From an uncultured archaeon (GTDB lineage Archaea > Asgardarchaeota > Thorarchaeia > Thorarchaeales > CAZPUN01), in contig CAZPUN010000031.1 in assembly GCA_964589775.1 (NCBI GenBank), positions 1 through 28,764 of the forward strand: a stretch of 28,764 nucleotides of DNA, given 5' to 3'. How positions within the stretch are numbered: the stretch's first letter is position 1; each line of letters opens with the position of its first letter. The notes under the pieces were generated by a model. The model made no database searches and was not told the origin of the DNA. It was given only the letters and a program-made list of their open reading frames with translations. The translations under genes were made by a program, and so were the position numbers. Shown piece by piece: positions 18,770-27,898 of the stretch.

Positions 18770-19570
18770 TTAGGATGAGACTAATTTCTTTAATTGCTTT
18801 TGCTTCTTACGCCCTACAATTGCAGAAATTGTACCAGCGGTAATTAAGAGAATAACTGAGAATAGAAATACTGCTTCCAACATGACCCATAATAATGGGT
18901 TGGGATATGAGATAAAATTGAAATATTCGAATCGGAGTGTCCAGAAGATGTAATACAATACAGTAAGAACTATTGTAAGAACTCCAGAACTAAACTGTGT
19001 ATTATGATCATAAACCTGAAGCGCAACTTGAAGTAAAATAGCCGCAATAAATGTTCCTAGAAATGTAAATCCTACAACATACCACATTGAAAGGTGCGAC
19101 ATACCCCATGAGCTCCAATAGCGCAAATATGAAAATACGAAGAACATGAATAGCTCTAAGAAGACAAGAAGAATACCACCGATACCAGCAGATTTTACAA
19201 TCCAATTATCGTATCTATCCGCCCAATCGAATGACGCTAAGCGTGTTAGTTTTTCATCCACCGGAGTAGTCCAAGATACGGCTGTTTGACATGATGGGTC
19301 TTTACAAACAAATATTGTGAAGAACTTCCCACCGTATTCACCAACACGCTTTTCTAGACAGTCGCTACAGAACAAGTTGTTACATACACTACAAACGCCA
19401 TCAGCTTTACGATCTGGATGATTTTTGCATGTACGTTTCTGCTCATTTCCGAGTACTAATGATCCACAATAAGGGCATCGTGTTAGTGAATCGGCTCTAC
19501 GTATGTGGATTGTTCCGCCACATACTGGACACTTTGCTTCGCGCTCAATCTGTAAATTCGTTGAACTCAT
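18770..19570 (-). CDS. Zn-ribbon + B-box-like Zn finger + 4-TM protein
   Basis: CPVC...CPYC, CKNHPDRKADGVCSVCNNLFCSDC...CKDPSC, then four TM helices. Confidence 0.8.
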   Translation of the reverse strand: MSSTNLQIEREAKCPVCGGTIHIRRADSLTRCPYCGSLVLGNEQKRTCKNHPDRKADGVCSVCNNLFCSDCLEKRVGEYGGKFFTIFVCKDPSCQTAVSWTTPVDEKLTRLASFDWADRYDNWIVKSAGIGGILLVFLELFMFFVFSYLRYWSSWGMSHLSMWYVVGFTFLGTFIAAILLQVALQVYDHNTQFSSGVLTIVLTVLYYIFWTLRFEYFNFISYPNPLLWVMLEAVFLFSVILLITAGTISAIVGRKKQKQLKKLVSS

Positions 19571-19573
19571 TGT

Positions 19574-20833
19574 CTAGCCTCCTTTTTTCCTCATTTTTCT
19601 TTGCAATTTTAGTTGTTCCTTAATTTTCTTAAGCCGCATATCTTCAATAGATACAAAATCAGTACCACGTACGATACGAATTGCATTTATTGCTACACCT
19701 ATCATACCGGCATAGAATAATATTGGCAGTATTACAAGAGTCGCTGCGAAGGTGACAAGAGAAATTGCGATAGGAATACCAACAATTATTGCAACGATCC
19801 CGAGAACAATCAAAATTAAACCGTCAGAATCACTTCCACGTGCAAGTTCGGCAGCTAATCTTAGGCCCCATAGTATCACGCGTTTCATCTTTCCGAAATA
19901 GCCATATATGAAATTCTTAATAAGGGATAATGAAGATATCATACGATTTTTAGTGGCTTTTAATACCTCAAAGCTTGGATTTGCTATTGCAGCTGCTGTC
20001 ACTGCAGGAACATAACGCCCATGGAAACAATCATTGCACAAAAACACCATTTCGCCAGTCCATCTCGGATCGGCAGGAGGCTCTTGAGCAGTAAGACATT
20101 CCTGACAGAAATAGTTTCCACATACAGAGCATTTCGCTACAGCTAGACGGTCTGGGTGATTCTTACATGGCGTATATACACCGGATAATGCAATTTCTGC
20201 ACCGCAATATTTACATTTTACTACGTTAGATTCTGTATCTTCAGGAACAGGAGTTGCACCAAGACAGATAGGACATAATATCGCTAATGTATCAGGAGAT
20301 GTTTCTTTTTCACCTAACTTCAATGAGGGATCAACATGAACCACTTTTGCAGAAATAGCATCAACTTTCTTCTCACGACGATAACGAGGTACATAATGAT
20401 AAGTAACACCTTTTTTGGGCACAATAGATTTCCATTTTAAGATAATATATAGAAAGATAAATACATTTGCAACACCGACCATTACTGATATATACCCAAG
20501 ATTAACATGTATCTGATTTGCAGCAACATCAACCACAATTACATAATTATAACCATAAAAGTAAATTTCGTAAGCACTCAGAACTGCTGCAATCAGCGAG
20601 TATGGAACAAGAAGAATAAAAGCAGCTCTTTTCATTAATTTCAAACCTTGTGAAATTATCAATGAAGGAACGCCTGCGGCTAATAAAATAATAATTCCCC
20701 ATACACGAACGGATTCAGGAGAAAAATGAAATATGATTAAACCGCTTAATATTCCTAGAAAACCCCATATGAACTCAATTACGGAAATTAAAGTTACACC
20801 ATGGGGAATCTCCTTCTCTACAATTTCGTCCAA
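19574..20833 (-). CDS. 4-TM + Zn-ribbon + B-box-like Zn finger + C-terminal TM hairpin protein
   Basis: N-terminal 4 TM, CPIC...CKYC, CKNHPDRLAVAKCSVCGNYFCQEC...CNDC, long hydrophobic hairpin, basic tail. GGAGG SD. Confidence 0.8.
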   Translation of the reverse strand: MDEIVEKEIPHGVTLISVIEFIWGFLGILSGLIIFHFSPESVRVWGIIILLAAGVPSLIISQGLKLMKRAAFILLVPYSLIAAVLSAYEIYFYGYNYVIVVDVAANQIHVNLGYISVMVGVANVFIFLYIILKWKSIVPKKGVTYHYVPRYRREKKVDAISAKVVHVDPSLKLGEKETSPDTLAILCPICLGATPVPEDTESNVVKCKYCGAEIALSGVYTPCKNHPDRLAVAKCSVCGNYFCQECLTAQEPPADPRWTGEMVFLCNDCFHGRYVPAVTAAAIANPSFEVLKATKNRMISSLSLIKNFIYGYFGKMKRVILWGLRLAAELARGSDSDGLILIVLGIVAIIVGIPIAISLVTFAATLVILPILFYAGMIGVAINAIRIVRGTDFVSIEDMRLKKIKEQLKLQRKMRKKGG

Positions 20834-20906
20834 TTGAAATTCCTCCTAAAAATATTTAAGGAAGCAACAGTTAAAAATGATTTGGAACGCGTAGGGAGTG
20901 AATTTA

Positions 20907-21530
20907 ATGAGTAATAAAGAAATACCAGAGGAGTTTATAAAATGGGCGTTTGTTGAACGTCGAGAATTGATCAAAAGAATGATGGAACGCAAAGCAACAA
21001 AAGAAGATTTTCTTGTTGGATTTACTAGGCACACACCTGCAATAATCACACATGGTCCTGGAGGACTAAACGCCTCAATAAAAGGAGTGGGCTTTGTTTT
21101 AAAAGACAAATATTTGGATGAAGTGATAGATCACTTGAAAGAGGCAATGAAACAGAAGAGAAATATGATGATCTCAGCAGGCATTCTCATGAATGAAATA
21201 TATACAGAAGATTACATGGAACGTATAGACTTTACAAAACTTATGACATTAGAACTCGCAATGAAACATACATGGCAGAATCTGAATGATAACAATGATG
21301 CAACATTACTGTTTTATACACCACCAGAGACAACATATGAAGTCAGATGTGTCGCGGAAGTTCATACACAAGGAAAATATTGGGAATATGCAAATCTAAT
21401 CCATGACGTATTTCACATGTTTGGACCAATAGAAAATCCAGATGAGCGGAAAAGACATCCCGCATATATATTTAAAATAAAGGAAATTTGGGACAACCAT
21501 CCCGATAAAATGGGAGTGAGAATATACTAA
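20907..21530 (+). CDS. Putative FMN-binding split-barrel (PNPOx-like) protein
   Basis: PAIIT...NASIKG, HTWQNL...ATLLFY...YEVR, AYIFKIKEIWD resemble split-barrel strands. Confidence 0.55.
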   Translation: MSNKEIPEEFIKWAFVERRELIKRMMERKATKEDFLVGFTRHTPAIITHGPGGLNASIKGVGFVLKDKYLDEVIDHLKEAMKQKRNMMISAGILMNEIYTEDYMERIDFTKLMTLELAMKHTWQNLNDNNDATLLFYTPPETTYEVRCVAEVHTQGKYWEYANLIHDVFHMFGPIENPDERKRHPAYIFKIKEIWDNHPDKMGVRIY

Positions 21531-21568
21531 AAAGGTTAAAGAAATTTGTAGTGCAATTAATACATTTT

Positions 21569-22078
21569 TTATTCAAATTGAGAGAGATCAATAAGCCCCT
21601 TATTTCCCAATTCTATGATTTTTTTTGCAACATTATCCATAATTCCATCATATTCCAATGCATCAAACATATCATCGATATTATCGATTCGTATATATTC
21701 AAAAATGTAGTTTTCATCAATTAATTCTGGTGAAAGCCCTACATCTTCGCCTTCAATATTCGTCTTTAGTTCCAATTCAAGAGATTCATTAAATTTGAAT
21801 CCAATCTTTTCAAGGTCTTTAATTCTATTAGTTTCAGGATTCGAAACCACAATCTTAAACATCACTTTTAATTTATTAGTCTTGGGGAACCAATTAAAAG
21901 CGGGTACAATAGATATATTACCAAGACTAAGTGGCTCGTCGATCATTGATTTCCCTACAAAAACATACTTACTTCGATCGAAGTAATCCTGAGATTCATC
22001 AGGACCAAATTCCAGAGAAGATAGATAATCATTCAAATATTCGTAGATGAAATCTTTGATGATATCGGGGTCCGGCAT
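21569..22078 (-). CDS. Hypothetical acidic protein
   Basis: 169-aa ORF with GGAGG SD. No motif recognised. Confidence 0.7.
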   Translation of the reverse strand: MPDPDIIKDFIYEYLNDYLSSLEFGPDESQDYFDRSKYVFVGKSMIDEPLSLGNISIVPAFNWFPKTNKLKVMFKIVVSNPETNRIKDLEKIGFKFNESLELELKTNIEGEDVGLSPELIDENYIFEYIRIDNIDDMFDALEYDGIMDNVAKKIIELGNKGLIDLSQFE

Positions 22079-22188
22079 TTTCTATGCCTCCAGATGACTT
22101 ACAGGATTAAGTACACAAAATATGTTTTTAACATTATCTAGGTAATATGAAAAAATAGTTTATGAAAAATGAGAATAAGAAATAAAAA

Positions 22189-22959
22189 TTAAAATAATAA
22201 TAAGCAAACGACAATTAATAGAATAATACCAAATACTTGCTTTAATCGGTTTTTAGGAATTGATAAAGCAAATCGTGGACCTAATTGCGAACCTATTATT
22301 GCGCCTGGAATTATTGTTGTAACTATGAGAAAGTCGACATGACCTAATAAGATATGCTCTATTGATGCAGAAAACGATGTAAGAAGAATCATAAATGTAG
22401 AAGTTGCGGCTGCGTAATCCATTGGAACACCAAGTAAGAAATGTAAAATAGGCACTTTGATTGTTCCACCACCAACACCAAGAGCTCCAGAAATAATACC
22501 AGCTAAAAAGGCACCTAAAAGCGCTACGAATAGTTTTACCTTATCAAGCCCATTCATAAAATTACCAGTACAATTTTTATTATTCACATTAGAATTGCGG
22601 GAGGTTAACATACGAATTGCAGTAAGTGCGAGAACTGTTGCCAAAAGCATCTTTAGACCTACTTCTGGAATAATAATCGTAAGATACGCCCCAATGAATG
22701 CACCAGGAACGGTCATGAGTTCAAGAATGAGCCCAGGCTTGAACAAGACTTTTCCTTTACGATGATATGCATATGTTGCAGAAATTGCATTGATCCAAAT
22801 ATACATTGAAGAAGTACCTGCAGCTTCAGCTGGAGAAAATCCAAAACCTAAAATAAGCAAGGGAACTAAGAATGTGCCACCACCAATTCCAACCATGCTT
22901 GATATGAATGCAATTCCCATAATTATAAAGAATAATAAAACGAATATGATGGGCTCCAT
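22189..22959 (-). CDS. Sulfite exporter TauE/SafE family protein
   Basis: Duplicated GIGGG...VP / GVGGG...VP motifs with AAGTS/AAATS, about 8 TM. Confidence 0.92.
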   Translation of the reverse strand: MEPIIFVLLFFIIMGIAFISSMVGIGGGTFLVPLLILGFGFSPAEAAGTSSMYIWINAISATYAYHRKGKVLFKPGLILELMTVPGAFIGAYLTIIIPEVGLKMLLATVLALTAIRMLTSRNSNVNNKNCTGNFMNGLDKVKLFVALLGAFLAGIISGALGVGGGTIKVPILHFLLGVPMDYAAATSTFMILLTSFSASIEHILLGHVDFLIVTTIIPGAIIGSQLGPRFALSIPKNRLKQVFGIILLIVVCLLLF

Positions 22960-23032
22960 CTGATTTCAGCTCTTATTTTATTAATGCTGAAAAAAGTAAA
23001 AATGTAATTAAAGATATGGTTAAAGGAAATTT

Positions 23033-24220
23033 TCAATGACTTATTTCGATATTTCGGATTTTCCATAAAATTGGAAACATCAACAAACCAAACACAATAT
23101 TCGTTAATAGTGGTGCTTCAAAGCCAAACATTGTTGCAAGAGAGGTACCAATAATTGGGCTGGGTATTGAGACAAAACGCCTTATACTCCATGTTGAGCC
23201 GAGCGCTGATGATCTTTCATCTTCGCCAGAAAATTTAACAATTAAAGACATTAACGGAGAAATCCATAGTCCACCTGATGCTGCAATCAATATAGAAACA
23301 ACCACTGCTGTCAGAAAGGATGGAGATAATACCAAAATCATAAGAGAACTAATAGCAATAATATCTGCAATTATCATCAGTATAGTCTTTTGAGTTCTAT
23401 CGGCAATTTTTCCTGTAGGAAATTGGAATATTGTAATAAAAATTCCTTGAACAAGAGTCAAAAACCAAACATCTTCTGATTTTATAATATTAAAATCAAT
23501 AAGTAATCCAAAGAGTATTCCAAATCCTATTCCAAACGAAAATGCATCTAAAATATTATAGATATAGAGTAATTTTAATGGTCGTGTAAATTTTGGAATT
23601 TTTAAGGGATGCCCATCCTCTGATTCTAAGTTCTTTTGCGTTTCTTTCATGAACACCATTACCATTAATGAAACAGCAATACCAAGTATTGGAAATGATA
23701 TTAAGGGATCTCTAATCAGGTCCTGTGTAAATACTAAAGGGATTAATAAAGGTGCAATAATCAGTGATGATGTGGATGCAGCAACACTCCATGAGAATGA
23801 TTGGGAGGTCATACTAGGAGGTACAGATTCAGATATTGCAGCCTGTGCCGGGGAGCCACTTAAATCAAATGCAATAGTTCCAATTATTATACCTATAACA
23901 AGAGGGACAATTCCTGAAATAAGCATAAAATATCCACTGAGTGCAAGAAGTACTCCGCCTAAGGCAATGGGGATCCTTCGCCCACATGAATCAGATAAAG
24001 AACCGGATACAAAATGTCCAAGTGCATCAACTAAGGCAGAAATTGAGAGAACAATACCCATAAATGTTAAAGAACCACCGGTTTCAAGTAATATTAATGG
24101 CTGTAATACCGTAGAATATGTTGTCGAAGCAAAGCCAAAAAGAAACGTTATTATTATTATTGTTATTATGTTTTGCCAGATTGGCTGTGAAGATGATGGG
24201 GCGTCTTGAGCGGACTCCAA
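23033..24220 (-). CDS. MFS transporter
   Basis: About 12 TM. Motif A GSLSDSCGRR and its repeat GKIADRTQK. Likely TTG start at 24220 behind GGTGG. Confidence 0.9.
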   Translation of the reverse strand: MESAQDAPSSSQPIWQNIITIIIITFLFGFASTTYSTVLQPLILLETGGSLTFMGIVLSISALVDALGHFVSGSLSDSCGRRIPIALGGVLLALSGYFMLISGIVPLVIGIIIGTIAFDLSGSPAQAAISESVPPSMTSQSFSWSVAASTSSLIIAPLLIPLVFTQDLIRDPLISFPILGIAVSLMVMVFMKETQKNLESEDGHPLKIPKFTRPLKLLYIYNILDAFSFGIGFGILFGLLIDFNIIKSEDVWFLTLVQGIFITIFQFPTGKIADRTQKTILMIIADIIAISSLMILVLSPSFLTAVVVSILIAASGGLWISPLMSLIVKFSGEDERSSALGSTWSIRRFVSIPSPIIGTSLATMFGFEAPLLTNIVFGLLMFPILWKIRNIEISH

Positions 24221-24300
24221 ATTGATTACCACCAATATAAAAAAATAGTGGAAACTTATATACATATATTTAAAGGTAAATACAAAAGTAAATCCGTCGG

Positions 24301-25074
24301 ATGTGCATGTATGAAATGTTTAAGACACTCCTATTCGACCTAGATAATACACTACTAGAAATTAATGAGAATGAATTTTTAGACGAATATGCGCGATATG
24401 CATCACAATATTTTCTTGACTTAATGACGCCGGAAAGATTCAAGGAAAAATTAATAGAATCCACAGGTGTAATGATGCGAAATAACGGAAATGTAGATAA
24501 TGTTACCGCTTTTACATTACATTTTATAAAAGATTTGCCAGGTATTTCTGCAGAAGAAGTAACGGCTCGATTTACTCGATTTTATATAGAAAAATTTGAT
24601 GAGATCAAGCGCATTACACGTCCAATTAAGAAAGCAAAACAGGTAATCTTGCGAGCTGTAGAGATAGGATATGAAATTGTGATTGCGACAAATCCGGTTT
24701 TCCCAACCATTGCATTAGAAAAGAGAATAAAATGGGCGGGCTTAGACGACATACCGATTATGCACATAACATCCGGAAATGAATATCACTTTTGTAAACC
24801 CAGAAAAGAATACTTTGTTGAAATTCTAGAAAAAATAAAGCGTACGGCAAATGATTGCCTAATGATTGGAAACGATTTCATTAATGATATGGCAGCTAGC
24901 TTAGCAGGAATTACTACTTTTTGGCTTAATAATATTACAAATAAAGATGAAATCAGATCCACACCTAAAAAGGGACTTAAGAAATTAATAGATCTCGAAA
25001 AGATTGTGATAAATTACAAAGGAAACTTCGATGATTTAATGAATATTATTGAACAAAATGCCAAATATATTTAA
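24301..25074 (+). CDS. HAD-superfamily hydrolase
   Basis: FDLDNTL, IATNP, CKP, MIGNDFINDM. Confidence 0.92.
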   Translation: MCMYEMFKTLLFDLDNTLLEINENEFLDEYARYASQYFLDLMTPERFKEKLIESTGVMMRNNGNVDNVTAFTLHFIKDLPGISAEEVTARFTRFYIEKFDEIKRITRPIKKAKQVILRAVEIGYEIVIATNPVFPTIALEKRIKWAGLDDIPIMHITSGNEYHFCKPRKEYFVEILEKIKRTANDCLMIGNDFINDMAASLAGITTFWLNNITNKDEIRSTPKKGLKKLIDLEKIVINYKGNFDDLMNIIEQNAKYI

Positions 25075-25108
25075 GTATCCGAAAATTCATAATTTTTAGT
25101 GATGCATC

Positions 25109-25819
25109 TTGTCGGGTCGAGATTTAATAACTTCAAAAGGATTGAGCATATCGATCCATTTATTTGGAACTGGTACAGTCCCAACAGATTTCAAAGAGGA
25201 ATTGGAAAAGCACAAAGTCAATTCAGAACAGAGTGGATTCACAAATGTCAAAAAGAGTGGAGATGTAATTGAGGCAGAATATGTCATGCTATTTCAGATT
25301 TCAACCATGGGCATACAAAAAGATGGCACAGTCGGACCTGTAAATTATGTATCGGCAGATAAGGGATTTTTGCGTTTTCATAAAAGATTTAACTTACTCG
25401 AGCTGAGAGGCACACGAAAAAGTGCGAACAAAGTAGCTGACATAATCTCAGGAATTCTCTCGGTTAATACGTTCAAGATTAAAATTAGTCACGATGCAAT
25501 GTTAGAACTTTCAAGAAAAGCCGAATCAATAAATTCAATATCAATTACAAAAATTGAAGACGTTTCATTAAGTGCAGTAACCATACGTGGAGAGGACGTT
25601 CTAAACACTAGCGACGTAAAGAAATATTTGAACGAAATGAACGGTAAAGTAACACGATTGAGAGGATTCTTCTCATTCCCATCAGGATCTACATTACCGG
25701 TGGCAATTTCATCGAACGGAACAATTCAAATATTCAAAAGAGGCGAAGGGTTCTATCCAGAGGATATAGACTGGCTGGTTAAGTTAATATTTGATATAGC
25801 AACACAAAATACGGAATAA
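25109..25819 (+). CDS. Hypothetical alpha/beta protein
   Basis: 236-aa ORF with coding-like composition. Family not recognised with confidence. Confidence 0.75.
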   Translation: MSGRDLITSKGLSISIHLFGTGTVPTDFKEELEKHKVNSEQSGFTNVKKSGDVIEAEYVMLFQISTMGIQKDGTVGPVNYVSADKGFLRFHKRFNLLELRGTRKSANKVADIISGILSVNTFKIKISHDAMLELSRKAESINSISITKIEDVSLSAVTIRGEDVLNTSDVKKYLNEMNGKVTRLRGFFSFPSGSTLPVAISSNGTIQIFKRGEGFYPEDIDWLVKLIFDIATQNTE

Positions 25820-25874
25820 AACAACAAAATTAAAAAGTTTAAAAAAATTAAACTCATAATTAGAGGTTCAATAA

Positions 25875-26192
25875 ATGACGGATGATGATACACAAAAATC
25901 GAAAAGATACAAAGGATACATATTCATAATTATGGGGCTAATTATAACGATAATCGTCTTTATGACTATGTGGAATGATTTTGTTTTATTGAAACTAATC
26001 TTCACGATTCTTGGTCTTGTCATTATTGGGTATGGACTTAATATTTCAGGAATAATATTATCAGTCAAAGCGGAAGAAGAAAAATATGAAACATGCTATA
26101 TGTGTAATGGAACAGGAATCGTGCATACGGATTCAGGAGACATTCCATGTCCACGATGTGGAGGTACTGGCAAATTCAAAGTTGAGGATTGA
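25875..26192 (+). CDS. Small 2-TM protein with DnaJ-type CxxCxGxG zinc finger
   Basis: Two TM helices, then CYMCNGTG and CPRCGGTG. Confidence 0.8.
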   Translation: MTDDDTQKSKRYKGYIFIIMGLIITIIVFMTMWNDFVLLKLIFTILGLVIIGYGLNISGIILSVKAEEEKYETCYMCNGTGIVHTDSGDIPCPRCGGTGKFKVED

Positions 26193-26202
26193 GGTGACTT
26201 AA

Positions 26203-26904
26203 ATGGATAGAAAAATAAAAGTGATTGCACATCGCGGAGCATCCGCAGAGATCCCAGGAAACACAATAAGCGCATTTAAGAAAGCAATTGAAATAGGAGC
26301 AGACATGATTGAATTAGATGTACATGCATCAAAAGATGGACATTTAGTCGTTATACATGATTTTACGGTCGATGAAACAACAAATGGCACAGGAGCTGTC
26401 GCTGAACTTACGTTAAAAGAGCTGAAAGAGTTAGTTGTAGAAGATGTAGAAAAAATCCCAACGTTGGAAGAGGTTTTTAAACTTGCAAAAGGTAAAATCG
26501 ACATTAACGTAGAAATAAAGGCTGAAGGAATTGAAGAAAAAGTCGTTGAATTAATTCGAGATTACAAACTTGAGAAAAATGTACTAATCTCATCATTTAA
26601 TTTGCCAGCGATTAAGAAAATTAAAGAAATTGCACCTGAACTTAAGACAGCCGCTTTGATTTCAACACCAGTTGAAGATATACTTAATGTTTTAAAGGAA
26701 TATAACGCAGATGGAGTGAACCCATTCTTCGTAATGGTAAATGAGGATTTTGTAGAAGAAATACATAATGCGGGTTATATCTTATACCCATGGACCGTCG
26801 ATGATGAAGATATGATGCAATATCTCATTGAATTAGGTGTTGATGGTATAATAACAGACGTGCCCGAAATACTCATTGATATTCTAAAAAATAATAAGAA
26901 GTAA
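26203..26904 (+). CDS. Glycerophosphodiester phosphodiesterase (GDPD/UgpQ family)
   Basis: IAHRGAS, IELDVH, VVIHD, IPTLEE, NVEIK, ISSFN, WTVD, GVDGIITD. Confidence 0.95.
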   Translation: MDRKIKVIAHRGASAEIPGNTISAFKKAIEIGADMIELDVHASKDGHLVVIHDFTVDETTNGTGAVAELTLKELKELVVEDVEKIPTLEEVFKLAKGKIDINVEIKAEGIEEKVVELIRDYKLEKNVLISSFNLPAIKKIKEIAPELKTAALISTPVEDILNVLKEYNADGVNPFFVMVNEDFVEEIHNAGYILYPWTVDDEDMMQYLIELGVDGIITDVPEILIDILKNNKK

Positions 26905-26905
26905 A

Positions 26906-27685
26906 TTATGAAAGAAATTCCTTCAGAAATTCATATGCCTTTGGATAAACCTTAGACCGTAAAGGATGACACGTAATTACATGTGGTGCTCCATCCACCC
27001 AAAGAAGTTCCTTTTTTTCTGAACCAATGTTATTATAGATGTATCTACCGTTTTCGGGATCAATAGTTTTGTCATTTCCAGATTGTACTATGAATGCAGG
27101 AACCTTTATCTTGGAAAGCTCTTTACGTGCGATGTTCGCAATCTTTACAACTTCATGTGCTGAGGATGTTGGAACAATCTCATAGGTATATCGTTCAATA
27201 TCATATCCGAGTGATGGATCACTACGCATATCAATATACTTTTTGATTTTCTTTACAATGGGTAATAGCTTTGATGGAAGACCCTTGAAGAACACAGGCG
27301 CACATATCGGTACAATTGCCGCAATATCTTTTTTCTGTGCTGCAAGATGTAATGTGAGAGTACCCCCAAGAGAATGACCCGAAACAAAGATAGGCGAATG
27401 TCCTTTCTCAACAAGTTCGTTAAAGCCATTTTCAACAGAACTATACCAATCTTGCCATGTAATTTTTTCTAAATCCTGCGGCTTTGTGCCATGACCCGCC
27501 AATAGTACAGTCTTTACTGAAATATCTCGTTCAGATAAATAGTGTGCCCATGTATTAATGTCTACAGGTGTCGCACGGAATCCATGGATGATCAATATAG
27601 CAGCATTACCTTTTTGTATATAATAAGGTTCAGGAGATTCTTTAGATACATGAACCTCATTCAAATCATCATCTTGGTTTTGCAT
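26906..27685 (-). CDS. Alpha/beta-hydrolase carboxylesterase / monoacylglycerol lipase-like
   Basis: IHGF oxyanion loop, LAGHG, nucleophile GHSLGG, catalytic Asp (NDKTI) and His (APHVI). Confidence 0.9.
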   Translation of the reverse strand: MQNQDDDLNEVHVSKESPEPYYIQKGNAAILIIHGFRATPVDINTWAHYLSERDISVKTVLLAGHGTKPQDLEKITWQDWYSSVENGFNELVEKGHSPIFVSGHSLGGTLTLHLAAQKKDIAAIVPICAPVFFKGLPSKLLPIVKKIKKYIDMRSDPSLGYDIERYTYEIVPTSSAHEVVKIANIARKELSKIKVPAFIVQSGNDKTIDPENGRYIYNNIGSEKKELLWVDGAPHVITCHPLRSKVYPKAYEFLKEFLS

Positions 27686-27858
27686 TTTTATGCCTCATAT
27701 ATTATGTGATTTATTTCTTAATACATGTTTTCATAAACTAATTATTTTTACATTTCGAAATTTTTTAAGATTTTTATTCACATGAGGATACATACAAAAA
27801 TAGAATAGTTAAAATATAATTGAATATACATAATATCTCCAAAATACAAAAAGATGAG

Positions 27859-27866
27859 TTTATATA
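27859..27866 (+). promoter_or_regulatory. Putative TATA box for the coiled-coil nuclease-like gene
   Basis: TTTATATA about 33 bp upstream of the TTG start, AGGTGA SD at 27888-27893. Confidence 0.45.
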
Positions 27867-27898
27867 ATTTTAAATTTTAATATAAATAGGTGAATTCT

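Noticed and set aside
318-27435. Numerous short ORFs nested in or antisense to recognised genes (e.g. 555-860, 4850-5188, 8243-8773, 12800-13129, 16033-16299, 22457-22765, 23649-24209, 26199-26504)
   Set aside because: They overlap well-supported genes and have no motifs of their own.
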